NCBI GenBank assembly: GCA_019058315.1
Contig: JAHPZH010000007.1
Location: forward strand, 1 to 64,000
Length of the DNA: 64,000 bases
Direction of reading: 5' to 3'
DNA from: Candidatus Helarchaeota archaeon
Lineage (GTDB): Archaea; Asgardarchaeota; Lokiarchaeia; Helarchaeales; RDOG01
Every line of letters begins with the position of its first letter. Position 1 is the first letter of the stretch. Under the pieces are notes generated by a model. The model worked only from the letters and a program-made list of their open reading frames with translations. It did not search any database and was not told the DNA's origin. Shown in pieces: positions 30,992-40,667 of the stretch. The position numbers and the translations under genes were made by a program.

Positions 30992-33900
30992 TCACAAATT
31001 AAAACTTAAAAATGCCTCTATTACGTTATTTTTGATAGAATCTAAATTAAGAGTCTTTTTATTTAATTTTAAATATTTTATATTATCTAAAATTCCATCT
31101 ATAATATTTCTAGCTACCTCTAATTCTACATAAGACATTAATTCTGATATAATTTTCTCCCAAGTATCTTTTTCTTTTTGTTTATCATCAATTGGAAAAT
31201 AAAAAAAGCGAACTAATTCATCTATCAAATATTCCTTTGCATCTTTATCAAAGATATATTCTGGTTCTATATCTGGAGGGTTTTCAAAGAATTTATTTGT
31301 TGTTTCTATCAAAACTTCTATTTGAGACCTCAAATCTAAATAAAAAATATCTTCAAAAAGTATATCGGGATCATAATCTTTAAAATATAATGAAATATTT
31401 CCCGTTTCTTTTTTCAACATATTCTCATTTGCATCTGATTCTTCTGTTTTATAAATCAAAACCTTATTTTCTGGAAAAATACAAAAATCAAAATCTCTTT
31501 CTATGGTTAGTGAGTTTCTCCATGTAATTTGCTCTTCTTTATTAAAATAATCAAGTTTTAGGATTAGAAATGTAATTCCAAATTCATTCTTTTTAAGTTC
31601 ATAACTTTCGAGTTTTGGATGATTAATTATAGGAAGAATAGGTTCCATTTTTTCTTCAAGAGATTCCGCAGGTAATTTTTCTTTTTCTAGGATTTTATTT
31701 AACTGGAGTAATAACCAATCCAAGTTAGTTTGTATTTTAAAAATATTTCCTTTAAAAATTCCCTTTATTTTTTCTTCATTTACCCATGTTTCTATTATCT
31801 GCCTTAATCTTTTAATTTCCATCCAATTAAAAAAATCAGGAATTTCACGTAAAAATAATTCTTTACTTGCCCTTATTTTTCCATTTATCAATAACAATTT
31901 CAATTTTTTTATAAATTCTAAAAAATTTAAAATAATTTTAAAAGTAATGAGATTATTTTCAATCTCAATATCGTACTTTTTTGATTGATACTTAATAAAA
32001 TTCTTAATTTTCTCGCTTTCTACTTCTCTAACGAAATAAGGTATTTTTTTTAAGTTAAATTTCTTTTCTTTTTGTAATTTCAGGATTAAATTCAAATGTA
32101 AATAATGATTTAATGTTCTTTTTATTATTTTTCTTATTTCTTTTTCATCATTACTATTAAAATCTCTAATATTTTGAATTAAAGAAGTAAAAAATTCCTC
32201 AGTCAAATTAGAATTAAAATATTTCAAAATCTCACAATGCAAATCATACCATTTTGCCCTTATTCCTGGTTTGGTATATATTGATTTTTTAAAAATCTCT
32301 ACAACCCTTTTAAGCAACTTTTTTTTAGTTATTGGATGAATCCCCTCTATTAAATCATATCCAATTTTTTCATAATAAGAAATTTTTTTGGATGAATTAT
32401 CTTTATTCCAATTAAATTGGAAAAAATTGTAAGAATAACGTTCCAACATATTTAATAAATCCCTAAGAGAAGAAATCTTTTTACAAATATCCGTATTGAG
32501 AAAATGTAAAAAAAATTCTTCAAAATTCTTAAAATTATCCTCGTAATTATTTTTAAAGAATCTTATCACACTTGGAATTCGCTTATTACCTCTTTGCTCT
32601 TTTTTTACTCTTCCACCAAGATCTTCAAATATCTTTAAATTTATGTTTTTTGAATCTTGGATATAGATATAAAAACTATCTCCATGCCACAGACAAATAT
32701 CAATAGATTGCCCATGTTTGGTATTATTTAAGAGCAAGCTTAAATCTTCCTTTTCAATATCTTTTTTAAACTTAAAGAGAACATATTTTACACCGAATTT
32801 AGTCATTCCTTCTAAATAATATTGTAATTCAGAAGTTTTAGAATCAAAACTCAATTGAGTTTCCCTGATTAAATGGGGATAGCTGATACCTGAAAAATCA
32901 AATTTAGGAAATTTTTTTCGTCTTAAGATGATGTCGCATTTTTCATTAGCATAACCATATAATTTCACATATTTTCCAAAGGATTTTTTTAGAAAAATTT
33001 CTGTATCAAAAACTGGCATGAGTTTATAGGGCTCAAATCTTCTGTTTCTATAAATATTACTATCGTAAACCATTTGTGTTAATATAATTATAGAATTTGT
33101 CTCCCTTGCAATGAATTTTAACATTGTGGTAAAATTTCCTGCAATGCTTGCCCTCTTCCAAGTAGGAGATAGTTCTTCGTTATCTCCATTGATGGGAATA
33201 TTTCTTTGAATCTGAGTAATTAATGAGTTAACTATAATTAATTTGGGATGAAATTTATTCTTAATATCAATTAACCTTTGTAAGATCGAGTCTATATTAT
33301 CATTGTCGGAAAATGGGATGAAATGGACTCTCTTAAGATTTTCAATATTATAATTTTTAAAATTTCTAGAGATATCAGCTAAATTTTTATAAAAAGGGAA
33401 TTTTAAGTTATTTAAACAAACTACACTTTCTGAATTTAACCCATCCTCATGTTGTGCTGCTAACATGAGGTAACAGATTAAATCCATTAACTGTTTTTCT
33501 TCGTTTTTGTGACAAAAAATTAAGTTAAAGGAACCACAATTAAATCCTTCAGCTCGGCTTTTTTTCCAGCCAAATATTTCGATCCTTGTTCCCTTTTGTA
33601 TATTACGACCTAATTCAATTTTACCGTCAGAGATAAGTCTGATTTCATTTTCTTTAGGGATCTTATCAACAACCTCTAACTCTTCCCCTGTCCAATCGAA
33701 CTTTTTCTGAAGTGGAGGGTATATAATAGCCAAATTCATTTTAATTATTTTTTTATTTAATAAAATCTCAGTACCCTCTTTAAATTCCTGAGAAACCTCA
33801 AAAAAGATATGATTTTGTTCAGTTACTAATTTATCAATATCGGTGAATGTAGGAAAACAAGGTTTTGTTTCTGGAATGTGATCTATTGATTTAGAATAAC

Positions 33901-36900
33901 CGCTCTCAACCACATTAAAGTAAGTTTTTTTAAGGGAGAAGTTTTCATGATATTCTTCTTCATAATGGGGTAATAAATCACAAATCTTAATCCTACTCAA
34001 GAATTCAATAAAACTAATATATTGACCCAGTTGTAAAAACTGATAACCGCCATCCACACATTTATTCATGGGATCTAATACAGTTAGAGCAGTTTTATGA
34101 CCCATGCTTTTATTAAAAATGTTGTGAAGGTCAATTTTTTTGGATGTTCGTATAGCTATTTCTTTTGTAGTCCAACAAATGATTTTAATATCTATGTTTT
34201 CTGGATTTCTTCCTAAGTTTTTAATCAAGGTATTTATTTTCCTAATTGGAATATCTTTTTTTAATTCAAATGCTGCATAATTAAATCCATTCCGAGTATT
34301 CCCAAATTCGTAAAAATAGAGTAGCTTCTCAGGATTTTTAAGGAGATTTTCTCTCCGTTTTAAAAATTTTTCCAACTCTTTTGTTTTATTTGGCTTTGAA
34401 TATGCACACACTTCACGGAAAAATTTAGCAAAATCTATATTTTTTATAAATCTGAAGATATTATAAAGATAAAATTCATAAAAATCAAACCAATCATTTA
34501 TATAATTATTTTCATTAATGGTCGCAATCCAATTTTTAAAATTCTTAAGATTTGGTCTACCATATTTATTAAAAAATTCATCTTCATCAACAATTTCGTT
34601 AACATATTGAATTGTTAAATCATAAGCTTCCCTTTCTTTGGAATATAAAAACTCCCCATTATGTTCTTCAAATAGACTTTTTATATTATTTAGGTCATTT
34701 TCAGATTCTATTACTGGGTGATGATCAAACCAGATTAATTTGAAATTAAAGTATCTGTCTTCAAGTTGCTCAAAAAATATTTTAAGGAATTTTTCTCGAC
34801 CTGGTAAGAATGGAATGTCTGCAACATAAATATAATTCATCATATCGTGCTTTAAAGACTTTAAAACTTTATTTTCAAGAACCTTTTCAATATAGTTTAG
34901 ACCATATCTATTTGTTGCTGGAAAGATCGATAATATGTTATTTTTTCCTTGATGTAGAAATGTCAAGTTTACAGCAGACTTAAAACCATCCTTATCAACA
35001 TGAGGAATAATGCAGACATTTATCCAAGGTTCTAACTCAGGAATTCCCTTCTCCTTAGGAGATAAGAAAAAATCTAAGATTGTTAGGGTATCTTGAATCA
35101 TAATATTTCTATAAAATAGATCTTCATCCTCCAACTCAATGTATTGGGGAATATTCCCATTTCCCAAAATAGAGTCAATTATATTTACAATATTAAAAAC
35201 CCATTTTGCTTCTTTTTTTGTTTCAAAGGCACAAAAAGGAATATATTCAATATTATTTTTTGATTTCAAGAATTGAGCAAGATTTTTAGCTTCGAGCTCC
35301 ATAATCTGGAGCATAGATAATTCTTTATTCTTATAATAGAATTTTTTTGAACATACATCTTGGAATAATGTATCTAGTTTTTTCTTTGCCTTACATTTAC
35401 TTGAAACATAAAATAATTCTCTCCCTAATTCGTCCATTCCCCTCCATACGTCTTTTCTAAAAATTCTATTATCTATAAACATTTCAACTAAATAATATCT
35501 TAATGGTGGTCTATAAGCATCCATGAAATCAAAAAGTAACTCCTTATTTTTCTTAGTCATTGCCCCATAAAAGGTCTCATTTCTTTTCCCGCTATTTGCA
35601 CGATAATGCAATATTCCAGGTCCAGGGAAAAATCGATTAAATCCGACTTTACCTAAAGCTTTGCCTGCTTCTTTTTGTAATAAAATATATAGATAATTCA
35701 AGCATGCATTAAACACATCATAAGCCTTTGCACCATAATAAAAAATTGTCTCGGCGTATCTCTGTGCTTGCCGGCCAACAAAGCGAAATTTTGGGGGTAA
35801 AGCCCGTTTGATCACTTCCCAAGCATTTTTTTCTGAATTTCCTTCAGCAGAACGTAATCTATTCATGATATCTATTATTTCTTGTTCATTATGAGGTTCA
35901 TAAGAAGCATTATAAAATAAATATGTTAAAAGCAACCAATCAAGTTGACCATAAAGGAGTTTATCTTGATATTTCTTTATAACCCACGGTTTGTTTAATT
36001 CTGTAATGAATTTCGAGACTAATTTTCTTGTATAAAGCACATTTGACATTATTTTTGCAAAAACCATTTGTCTACCGACTTCCATCAAATCCCCTTTTGC
36101 TCTCCGATCTATTATTTTATTTCTAATCAAACTCTCGGATCTTTCCCTTTTCTCCGCTTCAAGTATTTCTTCTTTGTTATGTTCAATTAATTCTATTCGA
36201 TGTAAGTCAATAAAATTCATTGCTTCTTTACTTATTGTCCCTCCGAATAATTCAATTCTTCCCACCGCATCTATAAAGTAACGTCTTTTATTACCAGATA
36301 TATAAAAACGAAATACTTTATCTTTCGAGTCATAATCAACCCGTAATTCATGTCGCTTTTTCACAATTAGATTGTACGCATAATTTTTAACATTAGCTAT
36401 TAAAAAGCCATTAATTTCTTTGATTTTATTAGTTATTTGTTTATAAATTCCTGTTTTTCCCTCAAACATTCCCCTCTCTCCCATATATACCACTAATTTA
36501 CAATTCTTACAAATTGATGCAACTCCATATATGGGAATTAATAGTGTATTTATTTCACCACATTCAGGGCATTTTGGTTTGTCATCATGAATTTCAAAAC
36601 TTTTAAATTGAATATATTTACGTTCTATTTCTTCAAAATCATCACATATTTTTTGCTTTGGAGAACGTTCTTTTTTCTTAAAATTACATCTATATCTACA
36701 ATTTATTCTCTTTCTTCGATCATGAGGATGTTTTTGCAAGTGTTGGCAATCTTTACATGTTTTTTCTTGAGATTTTTCAAAATATTTCTTTAAAAAATAT
36801 CGATATGGAGGTCTTCCTATTACTTGATATTCTTGAACACAAACAACTCTATCTGAAAGTTTATCTAAGTGTGCTCTAATTTTACGAAGACTAATATCAC

Positions 36901-39292
36901 CATAAAGATTCATATACAACTCTTTTACTGTTAGTCCATTTTTACCAGCTATTTCTAATAGCTTTAATATTTCTTCATCAAGCATTGAAGGAGCTTTATT
37001 TCTCCAATTAATCTTGTGACGCCAAATCCCCGGTTTTTTACCTTTCTTTTCGATTTCTTCTTTTTGGTAACGTCTATAGATCTTATTAAGGGTATGAAAT
37101 ATTGTCTTATTTTCATCAAATACTCTAGTAAAATCAACTTCGTAGTAATTTTGTCCCTTCTCTTTAACAATTTTTTCGACATATTCATGGATTCTGCAAC
37201 CTTCACAGAAGAGATATAATGATGCAGCAAGCCAAATACTGGTTTTTCGATAATTTTCAATATCTCCATCATAAAGTCCTTTTTTATAATTCTCTTTTTC
37301 TTCTTGTTCTAGATCCCAGCGATAATTCTGTAATAAATCTCGAATTTTATCTTTCTTTTCTAGTACATAATCCCTTTGAAGTGCTTTTAAATCTTGAAAC
37401 CTAGGGTCCTCTTTAAGAAGAATCTTTGTTGCAGTATTAGTAAGGATATTGATACAAGAGCTGGGCGAGGGCTTATTATTATATAAAAACAAAAATGAAA
37501 ATTCATCAGCAGTTAAAATATCAACTTGCGATTCAACTGCTGCCTCCCCTATATATGTGAGCCCCATCACCTTTTTACTTGATCTTATATAAATTGTGTT
37601 AAGCAGATCATTGACAATTCTCCTAAGTCTATATCGAACATATCTATGTGTTAATCTTGTAAATTCATCACGCGTTATTTTTTTCCTTATATCTTCTGTT
37701 TCTTTTTTATTAATTTTATATAATTCCAAATTTCTTTCATTTTTTGCCCTTAAAATGAGCTTTTTAATATATTTCTTCCATTTTTTAAAAGATATTTGAT
37801 GATAAAATAACCTTTCAATTGCTAACTTTTCAATATCTTTTAAAGTAATTCTGCTTCTAATCTCATCAAGCTTAAAACCTCTAAAACGAAAATTCTTAGG
37901 TATTTTTTCTGATTTTTGATCTTGCTCTTTTATTTTCTTATCCTTGATTAGAAGAATTTTCTCTTCAAAATCATTTTTCAATAATTTCGAAACAAAAAAT
38001 ATTATATTCCCTTCTTTTTCTCTGGTTCTACCAATCATTTGAGTAAGTTCAACTGAGTTATAAATTTCAGCATCAGTTATTAGTATTGTATGGATGTTCT
38101 TGATATCTACTCCAACTTCCAATACAGGACTGCAAAAAAGGAATCGAATTTTATCATCCTTCATAAATTCGTTAAATTTTCTTTTTCTAATCTCTAAATC
38201 CAACCCTGCATGTATGTAATCAACATGAAAAGCAACTTTTTTTTCATTAATAAATTGCATATATTCTTCAAATTCTCTACCATATTCAGTATCAAGATCT
38301 GAAAATACAGCATTTGCGATATAATTTTTTGGATTAACATATGGAACCTTACCAAAATTTTCCCATACGAACATAGCGAGGGCTTCTGCAATCCTACGGC
38401 TATAGGTGAAAATGAGCATTTTGCCAGAAGTTTTTTTATCATTTTTCACAATATCATATAAAAATTTCTCACAATGTTTCAATGTTCTAAATAGCTTTTC
38501 ATAATATGCCCTAATATTATCAAACTTTAAGCGAGTCTTAATGAACTTTTCAACATCTGAAAATTTGTATTTTTTCAATAACTTTTTTCTTTCCCTCTTC
38601 CATATATGTTTAAAATCACCATATTTCTTTTGAATTATTTCTCCTTTAAAATTTCGTTCATTTGATCTAAAAATAAGTTCACAATTAAATTTTTTAGCCC
38701 AATTTTCTGCTGATTTTCTTTCAAAACTCCCACTTAAAAAACAAAATTGAACATCTTCATGCTCACGCTGAATTTTATATAACATCGTTTCGAGTTTTAA
38801 GCCACGAGATCTTTCTCCTAATTTATGAGCTTCATCAATAATAACCGCTCCAAATATTTTCTTTCCATAGAAATATCTTCTCTTTTGTATCTCAAAAAGG
38901 AATGAGCGAAATGCTTCATATGTTGCGATAATTATTGCATTCCCCATAGCATTTCTTAAATCATCAAGAGCAGGTCTAATTTCTGCTTGTAATTTTAATA
39001 TTTTTATTTCTCTTTGATATTCTCTTTCTAATTCAATAGCTTTTTGATGTAAAAGCATCACTGTCGGAACCAAATATACAGGAATTAAATTTCTGACTAA
39101 AGCCATTGTAGTACAAATTTTTGCAATTTCGGTTTTACCCATACCTGTTGGTGCAACTACAAAAACACTTCGACCTTTAATTACAAATTTATATCCTTTT
39201 TTTTGATATTTATGTAGTTTGCTAAGTAAGAAATTTCTACGCTTCGAACTCTTGTCTGCCTTCTCAATATTTCTAGAAATCGTCTCAAACAT
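30992..39292 (-). CDS. cas1: Multidomain Hel308-like helicase - wHTH/Zn - Cas1 - DHH - inactive RadA fusion protein
   Basis: APTGMGKT, DEAH, QMIGR; Cas1 SAEG, NACLNYLY, GILH, FDFMDAYRP; HVDKDG and DHH; RadA-like IIVNSL...IIILTQMV. Confidence 0.85.
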   Translation of the reverse strand: MFETISRNIEKADKSSKRRNFLLSKLHKYQKKGYKFVIKGRSVFVVAPTGMGKTEIAKICTTMALVRNLIPVYLVPTVMLLHQKAIELEREYQREIKILKLQAEIRPALDDLRNAMGNAIIIATYEAFRSFLFEIQKRRYFYGKKIFGAVIIDEAHKLGERSRGLKLETMLYKIQREHEDVQFCFLSGSFERKSAENWAKKFNCELIFRSNERNFKGEIIQKKYGDFKHIWKRERKKLLKKYKFSDVEKFIKTRLKFDNIRAYYEKLFRTLKHCEKFLYDIVKNDKKTSGKMLIFTYSRRIAEALAMFVWENFGKVPYVNPKNYIANAVFSDLDTEYGREFEEYMQFINEKKVAFHVDYIHAGLDLEIRKRKFNEFMKDDKIRFLFCSPVLEVGVDIKNIHTILITDAEIYNSVELTQMIGRTREKEGNIIFFVSKLLKNDFEEKILLIKDKKIKEQDQKSEKIPKNFRFRGFKLDEIRSRITLKDIEKLAIERLFYHQISFKKWKKYIKKLILRAKNERNLELYKINKKETEDIRKKITRDEFTRLTHRYVRYRLRRIVNDLLNTIYIRSSKKVMGLTYIGEAAVESQVDILTADEFSFLFLYNNKPSPSSCINILTNTATKILLKEDPRFQDLKALQRDYVLEKKDKIRDLLQNYRWDLEQEEKENYKKGLYDGDIENYRKTSIWLAASLYLFCEGCRIHEYVEKIVKEKGQNYYEVDFTRVFDENKTIFHTLNKIYRRYQKEEIEKKGKKPGIWRHKINWRNKAPSMLDEEILKLLEIAGKNGLTVKELYMNLYGDISLRKIRAHLDKLSDRVVCVQEYQVIGRPPYRYFLKKYFEKSQEKTCKDCQHLQKHPHDRRKRINCRYRCNFKKKERSPKQKICDDFEEIERKYIQFKSFEIHDDKPKCPECGEINTLLIPIYGVASICKNCKLVVYMGERGMFEGKTGIYKQITNKIKEINGFLIANVKNYAYNLIVKKRHELRVDYDSKDKVFRFYISGNKRRYFIDAVGRIELFGGTISKEAMNFIDLHRIELIEHNKEEILEAEKRERSESLIRNKIIDRRAKGDLMEVGRQMVFAKIMSNVLYTRKLVSKFITELNKPWVIKKYQDKLLYGQLDWLLLTYLFYNASYEPHNEQEIIDIMNRLRSAEGNSEKNAWEVIKRALPPKFRFVGRQAQRYAETIFYYGAKAYDVFNACLNYLYILLQKEAGKALGKVGFNRFFPGPGILHYRANSGKRNETFYGAMTKKNKELLFDFMDAYRPPLRYYLVEMFIDNRIFRKDVWRGMDELGRELFYVSSKCKAKKKLDTLFQDVCSKKFYYKNKELSMLQIMELEAKNLAQFLKSKNNIEYIPFCAFETKKEAKWVFNIVNIIDSILGNGNIPQYIELEDEDLFYRNIMIQDTLTILDFFLSPKEKGIPELEPWINVCIIPHVDKDGFKSAVNLTFLHQGKNNILSIFPATNRYGLNYIEKVLENKVLKSLKHDMMNYIYVADIPFLPGREKFLKIFFEQLEDRYFNFKLIWFDHHPVIESENDLNNIKSLFEEHNGEFLYSKEREAYDLTIQYVNEIVDEDEFFNKYGRPNLKNFKNWIATINENNYINDWFDFYEFYLYNIFRFIKNIDFAKFFREVCAYSKPNKTKELEKFLKRRENLLKNPEKLLYFYEFGNTRNGFNYAAFELKKDIPIRKINTLIKNLGRNPENIDIKIICWTTKEIAIRTSKKIDLHNIFNKSMGHKTALTVLDPMNKCVDGGYQFLQLGQYISFIEFLSRIKICDLLPHYEEEYHENFSLKKTYFNVVESGYSKSIDHIPETKPCFPTFTDIDKLVTEQNHIFFEVSQEFKEGTEILLNKKIIKMNLAIIYPPLQKKFDWTGEELEVVDKIPKENEIRLISDGKIELGRNIQKGTRIEIFGWKKSRAEGFNCGSFNLIFCHKNEEKQLMDLICYLMLAAQHEDGLNSESVVCLNNLKFPFYKNLADISRNFKNYNIENLKRVHFIPFSDNDNIDSILQRLIDIKNKFHPKLIIVNSLITQIQRNIPINGDNEELSPTWKRASIAGNFTTMLKFIARETNSIIILTQMVYDSNIYRNRRFEPYKLMPVFDTEIFLKKSFGKYVKLYGYANEKCDIILRRKKFPKFDFSGISYPHLIRETQLSFDSKTSELQYYLEGMTKFGVKYVLFKFKKDIEKEDLSLLLNNTKHGQSIDICLWHGDSFYIYIQDSKNINLKIFEDLGGRVKKEQRGNKRIPSVIRFFKNNYEDNFKNFEEFFLHFLNTDICKKISSLRDLLNMLERYSYNFFQFNWNKDNSSKKISYYEKIGYDLIEGIHPITKKKLLKRVVEIFKKSIYTKPGIRAKWYDLHCEILKYFNSNLTEEFFTSLIQNIRDFNSNDEKEIRKIIKRTLNHYLHLNLILKLQKEKKFNLKKIPYFVREVESEKIKNFIKYQSKKYDIEIENNLITFKIILNFLEFIKKLKLLLINGKIRASKELFLREIPDFFNWMEIKRLRQIIETWVNEEKIKGIFKGNIFKIQTNLDWLLLQLNKILEKEKLPAESLEEKMEPILPIINHPKLESYELKKNEFGITFLILKLDYFNKEEQITWRNSLTIERDFDFCIFPENKVLIYKTEESDANENMLKKETGNISLYFKDYDPDILFEDIFYLDLRSQIEVLIETTNKFFENPPDIEPEYIFDKDAKEYLIDELVRFFYFPIDDKQKEKDTWEKIISELMSYVELEVARNIIDGILDNIKYLKLNKKTLNLDSIKNNVIEAFLSFNL

Positions 39293-39594
39293 AATATCAA
39301 ATGAACAGCATCAGTAAAAAATTATAATTTCAAAGAAATCTCTAAAGTGTTTAAAAATTTTTTTAAATTAATTTTTTGAAATTCAAAATTACTAATTTAA
39401 ATTTAAAATTTTAAATAATTTATTAATTTTTGTTAATTCCATTTTTAAATATCATAATTTATTTATAAAGCCGAAGTGCCTAAATATCCGACTATTATCT
39501 ATTAGTCTATACCATTAATGGTAATTAAAGAAAACATATTTTCTAAAATGTAAGTGGAATATAAATAAATTTAAATGAAGTTAAAAATGATAAA

Positions 39595-40620
39595 TCATAG
39601 AAAATTACCAGAATTAAGTTCACTTAATAAAAAATTTTTTTCTATTCCTTTATAATAACCTCTCGTAACAAGGCTACCCTCTAGAAATCCGATTTTCCTT
39701 AAAAAACTTTTTTTATCTTTTTTCCTTACGATTAATAAATGGGTATATTTATCATTGATTAAATAATTGATGTTAAAATGATTATGAATTTCTCCTATTT
39801 CATATAAGAAATCAAGATTTTTTTGAGCCCCAATAAGCCAAAATCTCTTATATTTTTTGGATACAGTTATACCCCCATCATCTGCCCAAAAACATCGAAG
39901 AAACTCTCGTTTAAATTCGGAAGGACCAGCCTTTATCACTTCTGGAACTTGAATATTATTTGATTTACAACTGTAAGATGGTGCATATTTCATTAAATCT
40001 TGAATAGCTAAAATTGAGTTGTAATTAATAGATACGCAATTTTTATGGTTTTCATCAAATATACCATTATTTTCAAGTCCATATACAGTTTTCACATCAT
40101 TGATAAACTGCTGAATTACTTTTGGTGATGAACAGATAAATCTAAAGTAATTATTTCCTTTTCTATCATTGACAGAACCATCAAAAAGCATATGACTAAT
40201 GATTCTTATTTTTTCAATTGTCATTTTCTCTTGTTCCTTTATTGGTTTATATCTACTTTCTTGAAACTCTTTTGACTTCCATTTTTGTTTCATTATACGA
40301 CTAAAATGAATTCGACTTTGTTCTCTTTTAGAGGGGGTTACATTTGCAAGCTTAGCCCCCTTACTACAACCCCAATTTGGGGGGAATACTACAAATTGGA
40401 AGTCATATTTTGATTTACTGATAATTTTCAGACACTCAATAAATAAAGATTCCGGAATTGTAGATATTCCAGATCTATAATTATATAAATTATTCTTTGG
40501 TATATCCATCTTAATTGAAAGTTGCTTAAAAGTAACTTTCTTCCTTAATAAATCAAAGAATTTCTTCAAATCTAGTTTTTCTAATTTAATCCTGTTTTCT
40601 TTTGTATTTCTACCTTTCAT
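39595..40620 (-). CDS. Free-standing two-motif LAGLIDADG endonuclease with N-terminal HTH
   Basis: IISHMLFDGSV and FLRCFWADDGGI helices; N-terminal FKQLSIKMDIPKNNLYNYRSG. Confidence 0.7.
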   Translation of the reverse strand: MKGRNTKENRIKLEKLDLKKFFDLLRKKVTFKQLSIKMDIPKNNLYNYRSGISTIPESLFIECLKIISKSKYDFQFVVFPPNWGCSKGAKLANVTPSKREQSRIHFSRIMKQKWKSKEFQESRYKPIKEQEKMTIEKIRIISHMLFDGSVNDRKGNNYFRFICSSPKVIQQFINDVKTVYGLENNGIFDENHKNCVSINYNSILAIQDLMKYAPSYSCKSNNIQVPEVIKAGPSEFKREFLRCFWADDGGITVSKKYKRFWLIGAQKNLDFLYEIGEIHNHFNINYLINDKYTHLLIVRKKDKKSFLRKIGFLEGSLVTRGYYKGIEKNFLLSELNSGNFL

Positions 40621-40667
40621 TTTAAAACCGAAAATTTATTTCATAAAATCAAATAAAAACATCTAAG

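Noticed and set aside
31192-38442. Short overlapping ORFs within the Cas1 fusion gene
   Set aside because: Antisense or alternate-frame shadows without motifs
30992-39292. Cas3 identity for the helicase
   Set aside because: No HD nuclease domain; motifs (RGxxLE, GD...WL) fit the Ski2/Hel308 type
30992-39292. Intein as explanation of the ORF size
   Set aside because: No splice-junction motifs or internal LAGLIDADG seen
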